NCBI GenBank assembly: GCA_026417895.1
Contig: JAOACJ010000009.1
Coordinates: 2,128 to 66,127 of the forward strand
Source: Patescibacteria group bacterium
GTDB taxonomy: Bacteria > Patescibacteriota > Patescibacteriia > UBA2591 > CALHIP01
DNA length: 64,000 nt
Direction: 5' to 3'
This document shows positions 10,549 through 19,801 of the stretch, one piece after another (position 1 is the first letter of the stretch; each line of letters opens with the position of its first letter). Both the position numbers and the translations under genes were made by a program. The notes under the pieces are model-generated. The model saw only the letters and a list, made by a program, of their open reading frames with translations. It searched no databases and was not told the DNA's origin.

Positions 10549-12528
10549 TTATTTATAATTGATTAATTGAACATATTTTCCTTCTTTTCTAAACGGCTTA
10601 AACCTGACACCACCTCCTTCCATAAATTTGGGGAAGAACTCAACAAATTGAAGACGAGCCGAATGAATAAAAGCACCCAAGGCATTTATCCCAATATTGA
10701 AAAGATGTCCGCCAATTAAGATAAAGATAGCCAAGATAAAACCAACAAAAGGAATCATTTGGCTGAAAATTTTGGCAATCAGATTGATGACCATACCAAT
10801 AATACTAGTGGCTAATCCCAAAGCTAAAAGTCGAGAGTAAGAAAGTGTATCAGAAAGATAACCAATTAAGCCGTAAAGACTTAAAACGCCAGCCGGAATT
10901 TTTAAGAAAATATTTTTTTGTTTCCGACCTTGAGTCAGGACAACTAAAATAAGACCGATCAAAACTAAATATTTGGCTAAATTGTGAGAAATAGAAAGAA
11001 ATTTACTTTGAGAACCGATAAAGATTAACAACGAACTAATCAAAAATATCCATGGGCCATTATCTAAAATGGCATTCAGGGTGTCTTTATTTTTTATTTT
11101 CCAATACAGATTAATTATTAAGCCAGCCAAAATTTGAAAGACACCTAAAACCAAAGAAATAATTAAAAGCTGTAAAGGATTCTTGATCGGATCAATGATT
11201 CTTATTTGAATCAAAAATTCTTTAACTGGTTTTAAAAATTCTGGCAAAGTTTCCAATTCCAAACCAAACCAACTACCCAAAATGGCACCAATAAAAATAG
11301 TCGTTAGTCCTAACCAAAGGAAAAGTCTAAAAAAATTTTTTGTTTTTTGGGGTAAATTTAAGAACTTAATTATAGTTATCGAGATGATGGTTAAAACTAA
11401 ACCATAGCCAGCATCAGAAAGACAAAGGGCGAAAAAAAGAACAAAAAATGGTGTTAAAAATGGAGTTGGGTCCGGCTCATGATATTTTGGCACCCCATAG
11501 ACATTGGTCACTGTTTCAAAGTCATTAACAAATTCCTTATTTTTTAGAAGAACTGGTACTTCTTCATCTGCCTTGACTGGCATTTCAATGATTTCAAACT
11601 CTGGCGTAATTCTTCTAAGCCCACTTTGAAGATCGGGCAATGAGTCCTTAACAACCCAAGCAAAAAGGAAGAGGGTAAAATTAGTTTTCTGGATTTTTTG
11701 TTTCACTTCTTCTTTTTCTTTTTGCCAAGAAAGCCAATCAAAGATAATTTTTAATTTTTCTTGTTGATTGGCTAAACGAGAAATTTTTCTTCTTACGATT
11801 TTCATTTTTGGCTCTAAAATTGCCAATTCATCTTCTAGGCGTTCAAAATATTGAGCTGGCGAAGATTTAAAAGGTGGTAATTCTATTTTTATAAATTGAT
11901 TTTCTTCTAAAAATTTCAATAAGTCTTTCTCTGTGACTCGATCAAAAATAATCAAACAATAAACATCTTTTTCTAACTGATCAACTTTGATGACCTCAGT
12001 TAATTTAATTTCATTTTTTATTTTCTCTAAAAATTTTGGCCAATTGATCAAAGAAATTTTCCCAGTCAAAAAAGAAAAATTTTTAGTCTTTTTTATCTCC
12101 GCTAAATTTAAATCTAATTTTCGCCAAGGATAAACTTTTTCTTTTTCTTCTTGAATTTTTTTAATTTTAGAAGAAAGAGTGGTAAAATCCATTTCCAATT
12201 TTTCTGTCTCTTGAATAATCATTGCCCACGGTGTTTGAGAAACCGTTTTGTTTAATTCTTGTTTGGTCAGTTTAATTTTTGGTGATAAAAAGGTTGTAAT
12301 TTTTTGCTTTAAACTGACCTTCTCTTTTTTTTGATAGGGTGCTAAAAAATCAATGGCAAATTTTACTCTAGCTAATTGATAGTTTAAATCAATCATCTCT
12401 TTTTCTTCTCTGTGGCCCTCGCCTAAATCAATGATCTCAACGGTGCCAAGTTCCTGTAAAAAACTCAAAATTTCTCGTCGAAATGATTTTGAAGCAACCA
12501 AACAAATTTTTTTTAATTGAGCGACCAT
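10549..12528 (-). CDS. atpI: V/A-type ATP synthase subunit I (a-subunit)
   Basis: 659 aa with a hydrophilic N-terminal half and a multi-TM C-terminal half, in the I slot. Confidence 0.85.
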   Translation of the reverse strand: MVAQLKKICLVASKSFRREILSFLQELGTVEIIDLGEGHREEKEMIDLNYQLARVKFAIDFLAPYQKKEKVSLKQKITTFLSPKIKLTKQELNKTVSQTPWAMIIQETEKLEMDFTTLSSKIKKIQEEKEKVYPWRKLDLNLAEIKKTKNFSFLTGKISLINWPKFLEKIKNEIKLTEVIKVDQLEKDVYCLIIFDRVTEKDLLKFLEENQFIKIELPPFKSSPAQYFERLEDELAILEPKMKIVRRKISRLANQQEKLKIIFDWLSWQKEKEEVKQKIQKTNFTLFLFAWVVKDSLPDLQSGLRRITPEFEIIEMPVKADEEVPVLLKNKEFVNDFETVTNVYGVPKYHEPDPTPFLTPFFVLFFALCLSDAGYGLVLTIISITIIKFLNLPQKTKNFFRLFLWLGLTTIFIGAILGSWFGLELETLPEFLKPVKEFLIQIRIIDPIKNPLQLLIISLVLGVFQILAGLIINLYWKIKNKDTLNAILDNGPWIFLISSLLIFIGSQSKFLSISHNLAKYLVLIGLILVVLTQGRKQKNIFLKIPAGVLSLYGLIGYLSDTLSYSRLLALGLATSIIGMVINLIAKIFSQMIPFVGFILAIFILIGGHLFNIGINALGAFIHSARLQFVEFFPKFMEGGGVRFKPFRKEGKYVQLINYK

Positions 12529-12821
12529 AATCTTTTAAAAATTAAGTTTTTAGCTTTTTCTTTTTTTGCCATTTCTAATTTTTTAATTTCGTTTTTCTGT
12601 TTCTCTTTTTCTATTTTTTCTATTTCTTTAATTTTTTCTTCCGCTGTCTTTCTAATTTTTTCTATGGTCGGAGCCATTATTTCTGGTAAATTGGCTAAAA
12701 TTTCAAGCTGTTTTTTTTCTTGAAAAATAATTCTCTCTTGCCCTTCTTTTTCCGCCTTTAAAATAGCTTCCTCTGCTTCTTCTTCTGCTCTTTTGATTTT
12801 TTGAATTATCTCTTCGCTCAT
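12513..12821 (-). CDS. V/A-type ATP synthase subunit G/H (peripheral stalk)
   Basis: 102-aa charged coiled-coil protein (MSEEIIQKIKRAEEEAEEAILKAEKE...) and the first gene of the operon, as in the Thermus-type order G-I-K-E-C-F-A-B-D. Confidence 0.65.
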   Translation of the reverse strand: MSEEIIQKIKRAEEEAEEAILKAEKEGQERIIFQEKKQLEILANLPEIMAPTIEKIRKTAEEKIKEIEKIEKEKQKNEIKKLEMAKKEKAKNLIFKRLWSLN

Positions 12822-12902
12822 AAGATTTGGATATTATAACAAAAAAAAGAAAAAAATAAAGAATAGGGTCGTGGATAAGTTTTTAATTTTTAAAATTATG
12901 GC

Positions 12903-13487
12903 TTAGGCGGTCTTCTTTTTCTGATAAAGATATTGATTACCGTCTACCCCATATTGATACTTATCGTCAACGATATCTTTTTGCTGCCAATTTTTCCGCC
13001 AATTTTCAACCTTAAATATTTTATAATGACCATCGGCTTGACTACAGATTACTCTTTTCAGGCCAGCATTGATAATCATTTTTTTACAAAGAAAACAAGG
13101 CAAAACATCCATTTTCTTGGCTGGCGATAAATATTCTCCATAAATAAACATCTCGCCATTTAAAAGAGAAACGCCAGTACGAGCGGCATTAATCAAACAA
13201 TTCATTTCGGCATGAACACTGCGACAAATTTCGTAGCGATGACCATGAGGAATGCCAAGTTGATCACGCAAACAAAAACCGTGTTCAAAACAGTCCTTTG
13301 TCTTTCTTGGCGCGCCAACATAACCAGTGGCGACAATGGCATCATCTTTAACAATAATAGCTCCAATTTTTACTCGGAAACAGGTACTCCGCTGGGAAAT
13401 CTCTCTGGCTATATGGAGATAATGATTTTCTTTACTTGGTCGATTGTTTTTTAATTTTATTTTTTTATTTTTTATCTTATCGCCCAT
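12903..13487 (-). CDS. dCMP (deoxycytidylate) deaminase family protein
   Basis: Zinc-ligand motifs HAEMNCLINAA and PCFLCKKMIINAGLKRV, as in the ComEB/dCMP deaminase family. Confidence 0.8.
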   Translation of the reverse strand: MGDKIKNKKIKLKNNRPSKENHYLHIAREISQRSTCFRVKIGAIIVKDDAIVATGYVGAPRKTKDCFEHGFCLRDQLGIPHGHRYEICRSVHAEMNCLINAARTGVSLLNGEMFIYGEYLSPAKKMDVLPCFLCKKMIINAGLKRVICSQADGHYKIFKVENWRKNWQQKDIVDDKYQYGVDGNQYLYQKKKTA

Positions 13488-14472
13488 ATTGTCTTTGATA
13501 ATATTTTAAAAATTCACCTGATTTTAATTTTCTCCACCACCACTGATTTTCTTTATACCAATTAATTGTTTCTTTAATTGCTTTCTCAAATTTATAAATT
13601 GGTCGCCAGCCAAGCTTTTTTATTTTTTGACAAGAAAGAGCATAGCGCCAATCGTGACCCGGTCGATCTTTAACATATTCAATCGATGTTTTGTCCTTTT
13701 TTAATTCTTTCAAAATAATCTTTGTCAATTCTAAATTTGTTAATTCATAACCAGAAGCGACATTATAAATTTCACCAATTTTCCCGCGGTGTAAAATTAA
13801 ATCAATGGCTCGACAATTATCCAAAACGTAAAGCCAATCTCTTCTGTTTAGTCCTCGACCATATAAAGGAACCTTCTTTCCTTCCAATAAATTAGTAATA
13901 AACAGAGGAATAATTTTCTCTGGATATTGGTAAGGACCGTAATTGTTAGTCGACCGGCTAATCAAAACTGGTAGCTGATAAGTTTTAAAATAAGCCAACG
14001 TTAAAAGATCAGCGCTGGCTTTTGAAGCGGAATAAGGAGAAGAGGGGTTAAGAGGATCGTTTTCTTTAAAATAACCTCTTTTTCGACTGCCATAAACCTC
14101 ATCGGTAGAAATCTGGATATACTTTTTGATTTTATATTTTTTGGCTGCTTCAAGGAGGGTGAAGGTACCAAAAATATCTGTCTTAATAAAAGAATCTGGT
14201 TCTAAAATTGAACGATCAACGTGCGATTCAGCGGCAAAATTTATAATCACCTCAACATTTTTGACTAATTTTTCCACCAATTTTTGGTCAGCAATATCAC
14301 CCTTAAAAAAATGATGTCTTGGATTTTTTTTAAAATCGTGCAAATTGTCTAAATTCCCGCAATAGGTCAGTTTATCCAAATTAAAAATCTGATAGTTTTT
14401 ATATTTCTTTAAAAGATAGCGGATAAAATTTGAACCAATAAAACCGGCCCCGCCGGTAATTAAAATTTTCAT
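13477..14472 (-). CDS. rmlB: dTDP-glucose 4,6-dehydratase
   Basis: MKILITGGAGFIGSNFIRYLL...NFAAESHVDRSI, a typical RmlB. Confidence 0.85.
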   Translation of the reverse strand: MKILITGGAGFIGSNFIRYLLKKYKNYQIFNLDKLTYCGNLDNLHDFKKNPRHHFFKGDIADQKLVEKLVKNVEVIINFAAESHVDRSILEPDSFIKTDIFGTFTLLEAAKKYKIKKYIQISTDEVYGSRKRGYFKENDPLNPSSPYSASKASADLLTLAYFKTYQLPVLISRSTNNYGPYQYPEKIIPLFITNLLEGKKVPLYGRGLNRRDWLYVLDNCRAIDLILHRGKIGEIYNVASGYELTNLELTKIILKELKKDKTSIEYVKDRPGHDWRYALSCQKIKKLGWRPIYKFEKAIKETINWYKENQWWWRKLKSGEFLKYYQRQYGR

Positions 14473-14726
14473 ATCATTTCATTTTTCTTTAAAAATTTAT
14501 TCGTCAAAAAAGAGTGATTATAATTTTGCCTTGACTAATCCATTTTAGATCTTCAGTCAAAGAATTTTAACCATCTTTTTGATCTCACCTTTTCTTTTAG
14601 TCTTTTTCTTTTTTTTAATTTGTCTTGCCAAAAAAGATGTCAAACTTCAGTGATAATGCCGCGGCTTGGCCAAAAACTCCTAATTTTTTCCATAATTTTG
14701 CTTGAAAAAATATTAGTTAAAGATGT

Positions 14727-15776
14727 TTATTCTTCTTGGTAATCTTCGTCATATTTTGAAATTAATGGCTGAAGAAGCATCCGATTGATTTTTACATCTT
14801 CAATCGTTCTTCTCAGTCCTTCTTCTAAAGAAACAACCGGATACCAATCAAGTTTTTCTTTGGCTAAAGTAATGTCCGGTAGACCTAAAGGAGTCATGAA
14901 AAGAAGGGGTGGCCTAAAAATAATTTCTGATTTAGAATGGGTCTCTTGAATAATTTTTTTAGCCAAATCAGCCATTTTATATTTTTCGGGATGACCAAGA
15001 TTGAAAGGTCCTGATTCATCAGAAGCCATCATTTTAATTATTCCTTCAACGATATCAGAAATATAACAAAAAGAAGAGTCAAAGGATTCATCGCCATAAA
15101 TAATTAATGGTTTGTCATTTAGGGCCTGTAAGACGAAGTCAGGAACCATATGGCCATCGAATAAAGGCATTCTTGGTCCATAGGTTCTAAAAATTCTTAA
15201 AATTTTTGTATCTAAATTATAGACTTGGCGATAGGTCATAACACAAGTTTCAGCCATTCTTTTGCCTTCGTCATAACAAGCTCGAGGGGAAAGAAAATTA
15301 ACTTGACCAAAATCATCTTCTTTAAAATAAGGATTTTCTTTTCTTCTTGGTCCATAAACGACAGCTGATGAAGTAAATAAAAATTTAGCCTTATATCTTA
15401 AGGCTAATTCTAACATATTAATCGTGCCGATAACGTTCGTCTTTAAAGTCTTGATTTTTGTTTTTTCAAAATTTTTCGGTGAGGTTGGACAGGCTAAATG
15501 ATAAATCTCTTGAAGACCTTGTACATCAATTCTAAACCTTTTCAACTCTGGAAATTTTTCTAAATCAATCGGTTCGTTAATATCGAAGTTAATAAATTCG
15601 AAATTTGGCAATTGAAGTAAATGATCGATGTTTCTTTCTGAAGAAGAAGTGAAATCATCTAAACAAATAACATTGTTCTCCTTCACTAATTCATCGCATA
15701 AATGTGAGCCAATAAAACCAGCACCACCAGTAATTAAAACATTTTTTCTGCCAGTGATGAAAACTTTATGAGCCAT
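14727..15776 (-). CDS. NAD-dependent epimerase/dehydratase, UDP-glucuronate decarboxylase (UXS)-like
   Basis: VLITGGAGFIGSHLCDEL...YHLACPTSP..., an SDR-extended fold most similar in motif pattern to UDP-xylose synthases. Confidence 0.6.
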   Translation of the reverse strand: MAHKVFITGRKNVLITGGAGFIGSHLCDELVKENNVICLDDFTSSSERNIDHLLQLPNFEFINFDINEPIDLEKFPELKRFRIDVQGLQEIYHLACPTSPKNFEKTKIKTLKTNVIGTINMLELALRYKAKFLFTSSAVVYGPRRKENPYFKEDDFGQVNFLSPRACYDEGKRMAETCVMTYRQVYNLDTKILRIFRTYGPRMPLFDGHMVPDFVLQALNDKPLIIYGDESFDSSFCYISDIVEGIIKMMASDESGPFNLGHPEKYKMADLAKKIIQETHSKSEIIFRPPLLFMTPLGLPDITLAKEKLDWYPVVSLEEGLRRTIEDVKINRMLLQPLISKYDEDYQEE

Positions 15777-15788
15777 AGATTTTAGTTA

Positions 15789-15823
15789 TTGGTTTTTGGT
15801 TATTGGTTATTGGTTATTGGTTA
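15789..15823. repeat. heptanucleotide tandem repeat TTGGTTA x5 (first unit TTGGTTT)
   Basis: Read directly from the sequence. It fills most of the 44-nt gap between the rplK stop and the UXS-like start, and the last unit overlaps the rplK stop codon. Confidence 0.9.
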
Positions 15824-16246
15824 ATCTACAATCTCTAAACCCATTTGCTTAGCTGTTCCTTCGATAATTTTCATTGCTTGTTCAAGATTATTGGTGTTTA
15901 GATCGGGCATTTTAATCTTGGCAATTTCTCTGATTTGCGACCGGCTAATCTTGCCTACTTTCTCTTGAAGAGGTTTGCCGGAACCTTTTTCAACACCAGC
16001 TGCTTTTTTTAGAAGTTCACTGGTTAAAGGGGTTTTAATGAAAAAATCAAAAGACCTGTCTTCATAAACAACTAATTTCACCGGTAGGGTCTGGCCGATT
16101 TTGTCTTTCGTCAAATCATTGAATTTTTTACAGAAATCAGCGATGTTAATACCGGCCTGTCCTAAAGCTGGTCCAACCGGCGGAGCTGGTGTTGCTTGAC
16201 CACCGGGTACAAGAAGTTTGACAATGGTTTTTATTTTCTTAGCCAT
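15821..16246 (-). CDS. rplK: 50S ribosomal protein L11
   Basis: [35 protein letters not shown]... is a canonical L11. Confidence 0.95.
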   Translation of the reverse strand: MAKKIKTIVKLLVPGGQATPAPPVGPALGQAGINIADFCKKFNDLTKDKIGQTLPVKLVVYEDRSFDFFIKTPLTSELLKKAAGVEKGSGKPLQEKVGKISRSQIREIAKIKMPDLNTNNLEQAMKIIEGTAKQMGLEIVD

Positions 16247-16247
16247 A

Positions 16248-16790
16248 TTAAATTTTCTTGACTTGTAAAAAGTCTAAATCAACAGGTGTTTCTCGACCAA
16301 AAACATTAATAAGTACTTTAACTCTTCCTTTCTCTTCATCAACTTCATCAACTTTTCCTTCAAAACTTTTAAATGGTCCTTCCATCACTCTCACCGGTGT
16401 ACCAGGCGAGAGTTCAATTTTATATTTTGGCTCTTCAATTTGCATTCTTTTGAGAATAATTTTAATTTCTTTTTCCGAGATAGGGGTTGGAATAGTGCCT
16501 GAACCAATAAAACCAGTAACGCCGGGCGTATTTCTCACTACATACCAAGAGTCATCGTCAACAATCATTTCAACCAAAACATAACCGGGGAACATTTTTT
16601 CTGTTACCACTCTTCTTTTTCCACCCTTAAATTTAATTCTTTTTTCTGTTGGAACTAAAACATTAAAAATTTTATGAGCCAGATCAAAAGATTCAATCCG
16701 TTGACGAAGATTGGTCGCCACGTTTTCTTCATAACCAGCATAGGTATGAATAGCATACCAACGACGGCCTTGTTCTATTTGTCTGGGCAT
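16248..16790 (-). CDS. nusG: transcription termination/antitermination factor NusG
   Basis: NGN domain ([14 protein letters not shown]) plus a C-terminal KOW domain, upstream of rplK. Confidence 0.9.
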   Translation of the reverse strand: MPRQIEQGRRWYAIHTYAGYEENVATNLRQRIESFDLAHKIFNVLVPTEKRIKFKGGKRRVVTEKMFPGYVLVEMIVDDDSWYVVRNTPGVTGFIGSGTIPTPISEKEIKIILKRMQIEEPKYKIELSPGTPVRVMEGPFKSFEGKVDEVDEEKGRVKVLINVFGRETPVDLDFLQVKKI

Positions 16791-16805
16791 ATAAATTAAT
16801 TTTAA

Positions 16806-16991
16806 TTATCGAAAAATTTTTTCTAAAAAAATAGTTAAAAGTCGATCAATCAACCCTAAAAAAATAGCTACCCCTAAGGAAATAACAATTACCAAAAAGG
16901 TCAAATTCAATGTCTCTTTTTTACTTGGCCAAACGACTTTTTTTAATTCTTCCTTTGACTCTTTAAGGTATTGAATAATTTTTTGAATCAT
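16806..16991 (-). CDS. secE: preprotein translocase subunit SecE
   Basis: Internal Met of the 106-aa ORF (plus 'cat' at 16989-16991) gives the 61-aa MIQKIIQYLKESKEELKKVVWPSKKETLNLTFLVIVISLGVAIF..., a typical SecE. This also removes the overlap with gyrB. Confidence 0.7.
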   Translation of the reverse strand: MIQKIIQYLKESKEELKKVVWPSKKETLNLTFLVIVISLGVAIFLGLIDRLLTIFLEKIFR

Positions 16992-17064
16992 CTTGACTAA
17001 ATTGACAATGACAAAATTTTTTGACTGATTGATTATATTAATTATATAGTATATTGAATCATCT

Positions 17065-19068
17065 TTAAATGTCAAGGTGACGAGCGGTTTTCGCATAGAT
17101 CTGAATAAATCTTTTACGCGGTTCAACTTCTTTGCCCATTAAAATTTCGAAAATCTCATTGGCTTTTTCTGCTTCTTCTAAGGTAATTTTTTTTAAGATT
17201 CTTCTCTTTGGGTCCATGGTTGTCTCCCAAAGTTGTTCAGGATTCATTTCTCCTAAACCTTTATATCGCTGGATTGATATTTTTTCTGGAATCTCTTCAT
17301 CTTTTGCCTCGCCAATTTTTTTAATTTTAAAATTTTTGGCAACAACTTTTTCTTTTAAATTTTTTATAATTTTTTCTTTTTCCTCTTCAGAATAAGCGTA
17401 TTTCAATTCTTTGCCAATTTCTAAACGATAAAGAGGTGGGGTAGCAATATAAAGATGGCCACGGAGGATAATTTCTGGAAAATATCGATAGAAAAGTGTT
17501 AAAAGAAGAGTTTTGATGTGAGAACCGTCAATGTCAGCATCAGTGGCAATAATGATCTTATGATAACGAAGTTTTTCAATCTGAAATTGATCGCCAATAT
17601 TGGTACCTAAGGCAACAATTAAAGACTTAACTTCTTCGTTGGCGATAATTTTTTCTAATCTGGCTTTTTCCACATTTAAAATTTTTCCTCTTAAAGGTAA
17701 AACCGCCTGCCTTTCTCTATCTCTCGCCTGCTTACAGCTGCCACCAGCGCTATCTCCTTCGACAATAAAAAGTTCACTCTGGGTTGGATCGGTTGTGTTA
17801 CAATCGGCTAGTTTGCCTGGCAATAAAAATCCTTCCAAAGTACTTTTTTTCAAAACCGCCTCCCGAGCCTGTTTTGCTGCTAGCCGGGCTCGAACCGACA
17901 GAAGACATTTTTCAATAATGGCTTTGGCATCTTTTGGATATTCTTCTAAAAAAGAAGAAAAACTTTCTGAGAAAACAGAGTCGACCAACCCCTTAACTTC
18001 CGGATTACCAAGTTTTGTTTTTGTTTGTCCTTCAAATTGTGGCTCTCTGACTTTTACACTAATAACGGCCGTCAACCCCTCTCGTAAATCTTCGCCGACA
18101 AAATTACTCTCTTTTTCTTTGAGAAATTCTTTTTTGCGGGCGTAATTATTAATCGTCCGCGTCAAAGCCGAACGAAACCCCGCCAAATGTGAGCCGCCTT
18201 CCGGTGTATAAATATTATTAGCAAAACTATAAATTACTTCTTTATAATCGTCAGTATACTGAAGAGCAATTTCAACCATAACTTTTTCAATTTCTTTACT
18301 CACATAAAAAATATGGGGATGTTTTACCGGACTATTCTTGTTTAAGTATTTAACATAGGAAACAATACCTCCTTCAAAATAAAAAGCATAAGAAAATTCT
18401 GGTTTTTTTCTTCTATCAAAGACAATAAACTTTACTCCTTTTGTCAAATAGGCTTGCTGTCTCAAATGTTCCAAGACTCGCGAAAGAGAAAATTTTGTTT
18501 CAGGAAAAATTTCTTTATCTGGTTTAAAGGTAACAATCGTCCCCGTACCTTTGGTCTTGCCTATTTTTTTGACTTTATTTAATGGCTTGCCTCTTTGGTA
18601 TTCCTGCTGATATAAAAAACCATCACGTTTAACCTGGGCTTTAAAAGCTTCTGACAAGGCATTAACAACCGAAACACCAACACCGTGAAGACCGCCCGCT
18701 ACTTTATAGACCTGATGGTCAAATTTAGCCCCGGCGTGAAGTTTGGTCATGACCACCTCTAAAGCTGACTTACCTGTTTGTTTGTGTAGGTCAACGGGGA
18801 TGCCTCGACCGTTATCCTCAACCCTGACATAATCATCGGGCAAAAGTTCAACTTTAATTTCATCAGCAAAGCCAGCCAAAGCTTCATCAATACAATTGTC
18901 TAGACATTCCCAAATTAAATGATGTAAGCCGTCAGGTCCGGTTGAACCAATATACATGGCTGGTCTTTTCCGCACGGGGGTTAAGCCATCTAAGACTGTA
19001 ATGTGTTCAGCTTTATATTCTTTAGCCGCTTCTTCGGTATTATTTTTTGGTCTTTCTTGTTGAACCAT
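17065..19068 (-). CDS. gyrB: DNA gyrase subunit B
   Basis: GHKL ATPase, TOPRIM and C-terminal domains. Start placed at the internal ATG giving MVQQERPKNNTEE... (667 aa). No gyrA is adjacent. Confidence 0.93.
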   Translation of the reverse strand: MVQQERPKNNTEEAAKEYKAEHITVLDGLTPVRKRPAMYIGSTGPDGLHHLIWECLDNCIDEALAGFADEIKVELLPDDYVRVEDNGRGIPVDLHKQTGKSALEVVMTKLHAGAKFDHQVYKVAGGLHGVGVSVVNALSEAFKAQVKRDGFLYQQEYQRGKPLNKVKKIGKTKGTGTIVTFKPDKEIFPETKFSLSRVLEHLRQQAYLTKGVKFIVFDRRKKPEFSYAFYFEGGIVSYVKYLNKNSPVKHPHIFYVSKEIEKVMVEIALQYTDDYKEVIYSFANNIYTPEGGSHLAGFRSALTRTINNYARKKEFLKEKESNFVGEDLREGLTAVISVKVREPQFEGQTKTKLGNPEVKGLVDSVFSESFSSFLEEYPKDAKAIIEKCLLSVRARLAAKQAREAVLKKSTLEGFLLPGKLADCNTTDPTQSELFIVEGDSAGGSCKQARDRERQAVLPLRGKILNVEKARLEKIIANEEVKSLIVALGTNIGDQFQIEKLRYHKIIIATDADIDGSHIKTLLLTLFYRYFPEIILRGHLYIATPPLYRLEIGKELKYAYSEEEKEKIIKNLKEKVVAKNFKIKKIGEAKDEEIPEKISIQRYKGLGEMNPEQLWETTMDPKRRILKKITLEEAEKANEIFEILMGKEVEPRKRFIQIYAKTARHLDI

Positions 19069-19160
19069 AATATAGATATTATAGCAAATTTTTAATTTTT
19101 TGACAAATAAAAAATGGCTAATTAAGGCCAATCATTGAGAAAAACTAAACGGTTTAAATC

Positions 19161-19670
19161 TTAAATGGCTGATTCTATTTTCTTTAAAATTTCAGGCAAA
19201 AGGGGTAAAAGAATCTTGGCTAAATTAATGAAATGTTGGGCTAATTTTGAATTTTCAATCAAATTAATTAACCAGGGCAAAGGAAATCTGACGATAAAAT
19301 AAAGAAAGAGACCAACAGTTAAACTCCCGGTAACGAAACCAATCAGAGCACCACCCAAACGATTAATCGCTTTTAAAAATGGTAGATGGGTAATCGGTCT
19401 CAAAATTCGGTCAAGAATAAAAAAAACAAAACCAACCAAACGATTAACGACGATATAAATAACTAAAAAAGAAATGATATTGGCTAAATTGATATTCCCG
19501 CCCAGTAGAAAAACAATTTTTATTGCTAACTCGTCATACCAACGACTAGCCACTGCCACACCAACAATTAAACCAGCTAAACCACCTAAAGCATAAATTA
19601 GACCAAACCAAAAATCAAACCAAATAAAACCAAAGACAATTAAGATAAGAATGAGGTCGAATAAGGTCAT
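19161..19670 (-). CDS. CvpA-family small membrane protein, putative
   Basis: Four TM helices and a CvpA-like hydrophobic N-terminus. The ORF track starts at a TTG (19700); ATG at 19670 is more likely. Confidence 0.45.
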   Translation of the reverse strand: MTLFDLILILIVFGFIWFDFWFGLIYALGGLAGLIVGVAVASRWYDELAIKIVFLLGGNINLANIISFLVIYIVVNRLVGFVFFILDRILRPITHLPFLKAINRLGGALIGFVTGSLTVGLFLYFIVRFPLPWLINLIENSKLAQHFINLAKILLPLLPEILKKIESAI

Positions 19671-19801
19671 AAATGGAAAACGACTAATAACAAAATCCAA
19701 ATGACAAATTAATGACTAAAATCAAAAATCAAAATTATTTTAAGTGTCTGAACTTCGGATTTAATTTGACGTTTGAATTTTGAAATTTAGATTTCAAGGT
19801 A

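Noticed and set aside
12870-12890. Single near-perfect DnaA box (CGTGGATAA) upstream of the V-ATPase operon
   Set aside because: An isolated single box occurs by chance, and no cluster or AT-rich unwinding element accompanies it.
1753-18145. Numerous short ORFs in the six-frame track antisense to or nested within strong genes (e.g. 1753..2034, 5443..5637, 7211..7420, 10141..10356, 12517..12723, 13212..13454, 16258..16584, 17600..18145, 41393..41752, 48190..49089, 51465..51923, 57877..58185)
   Set aside because: Each is fully contained in a well-supported conserved gene on another frame or strand. They have low-complexity composition and no motif support, so they are spurious.
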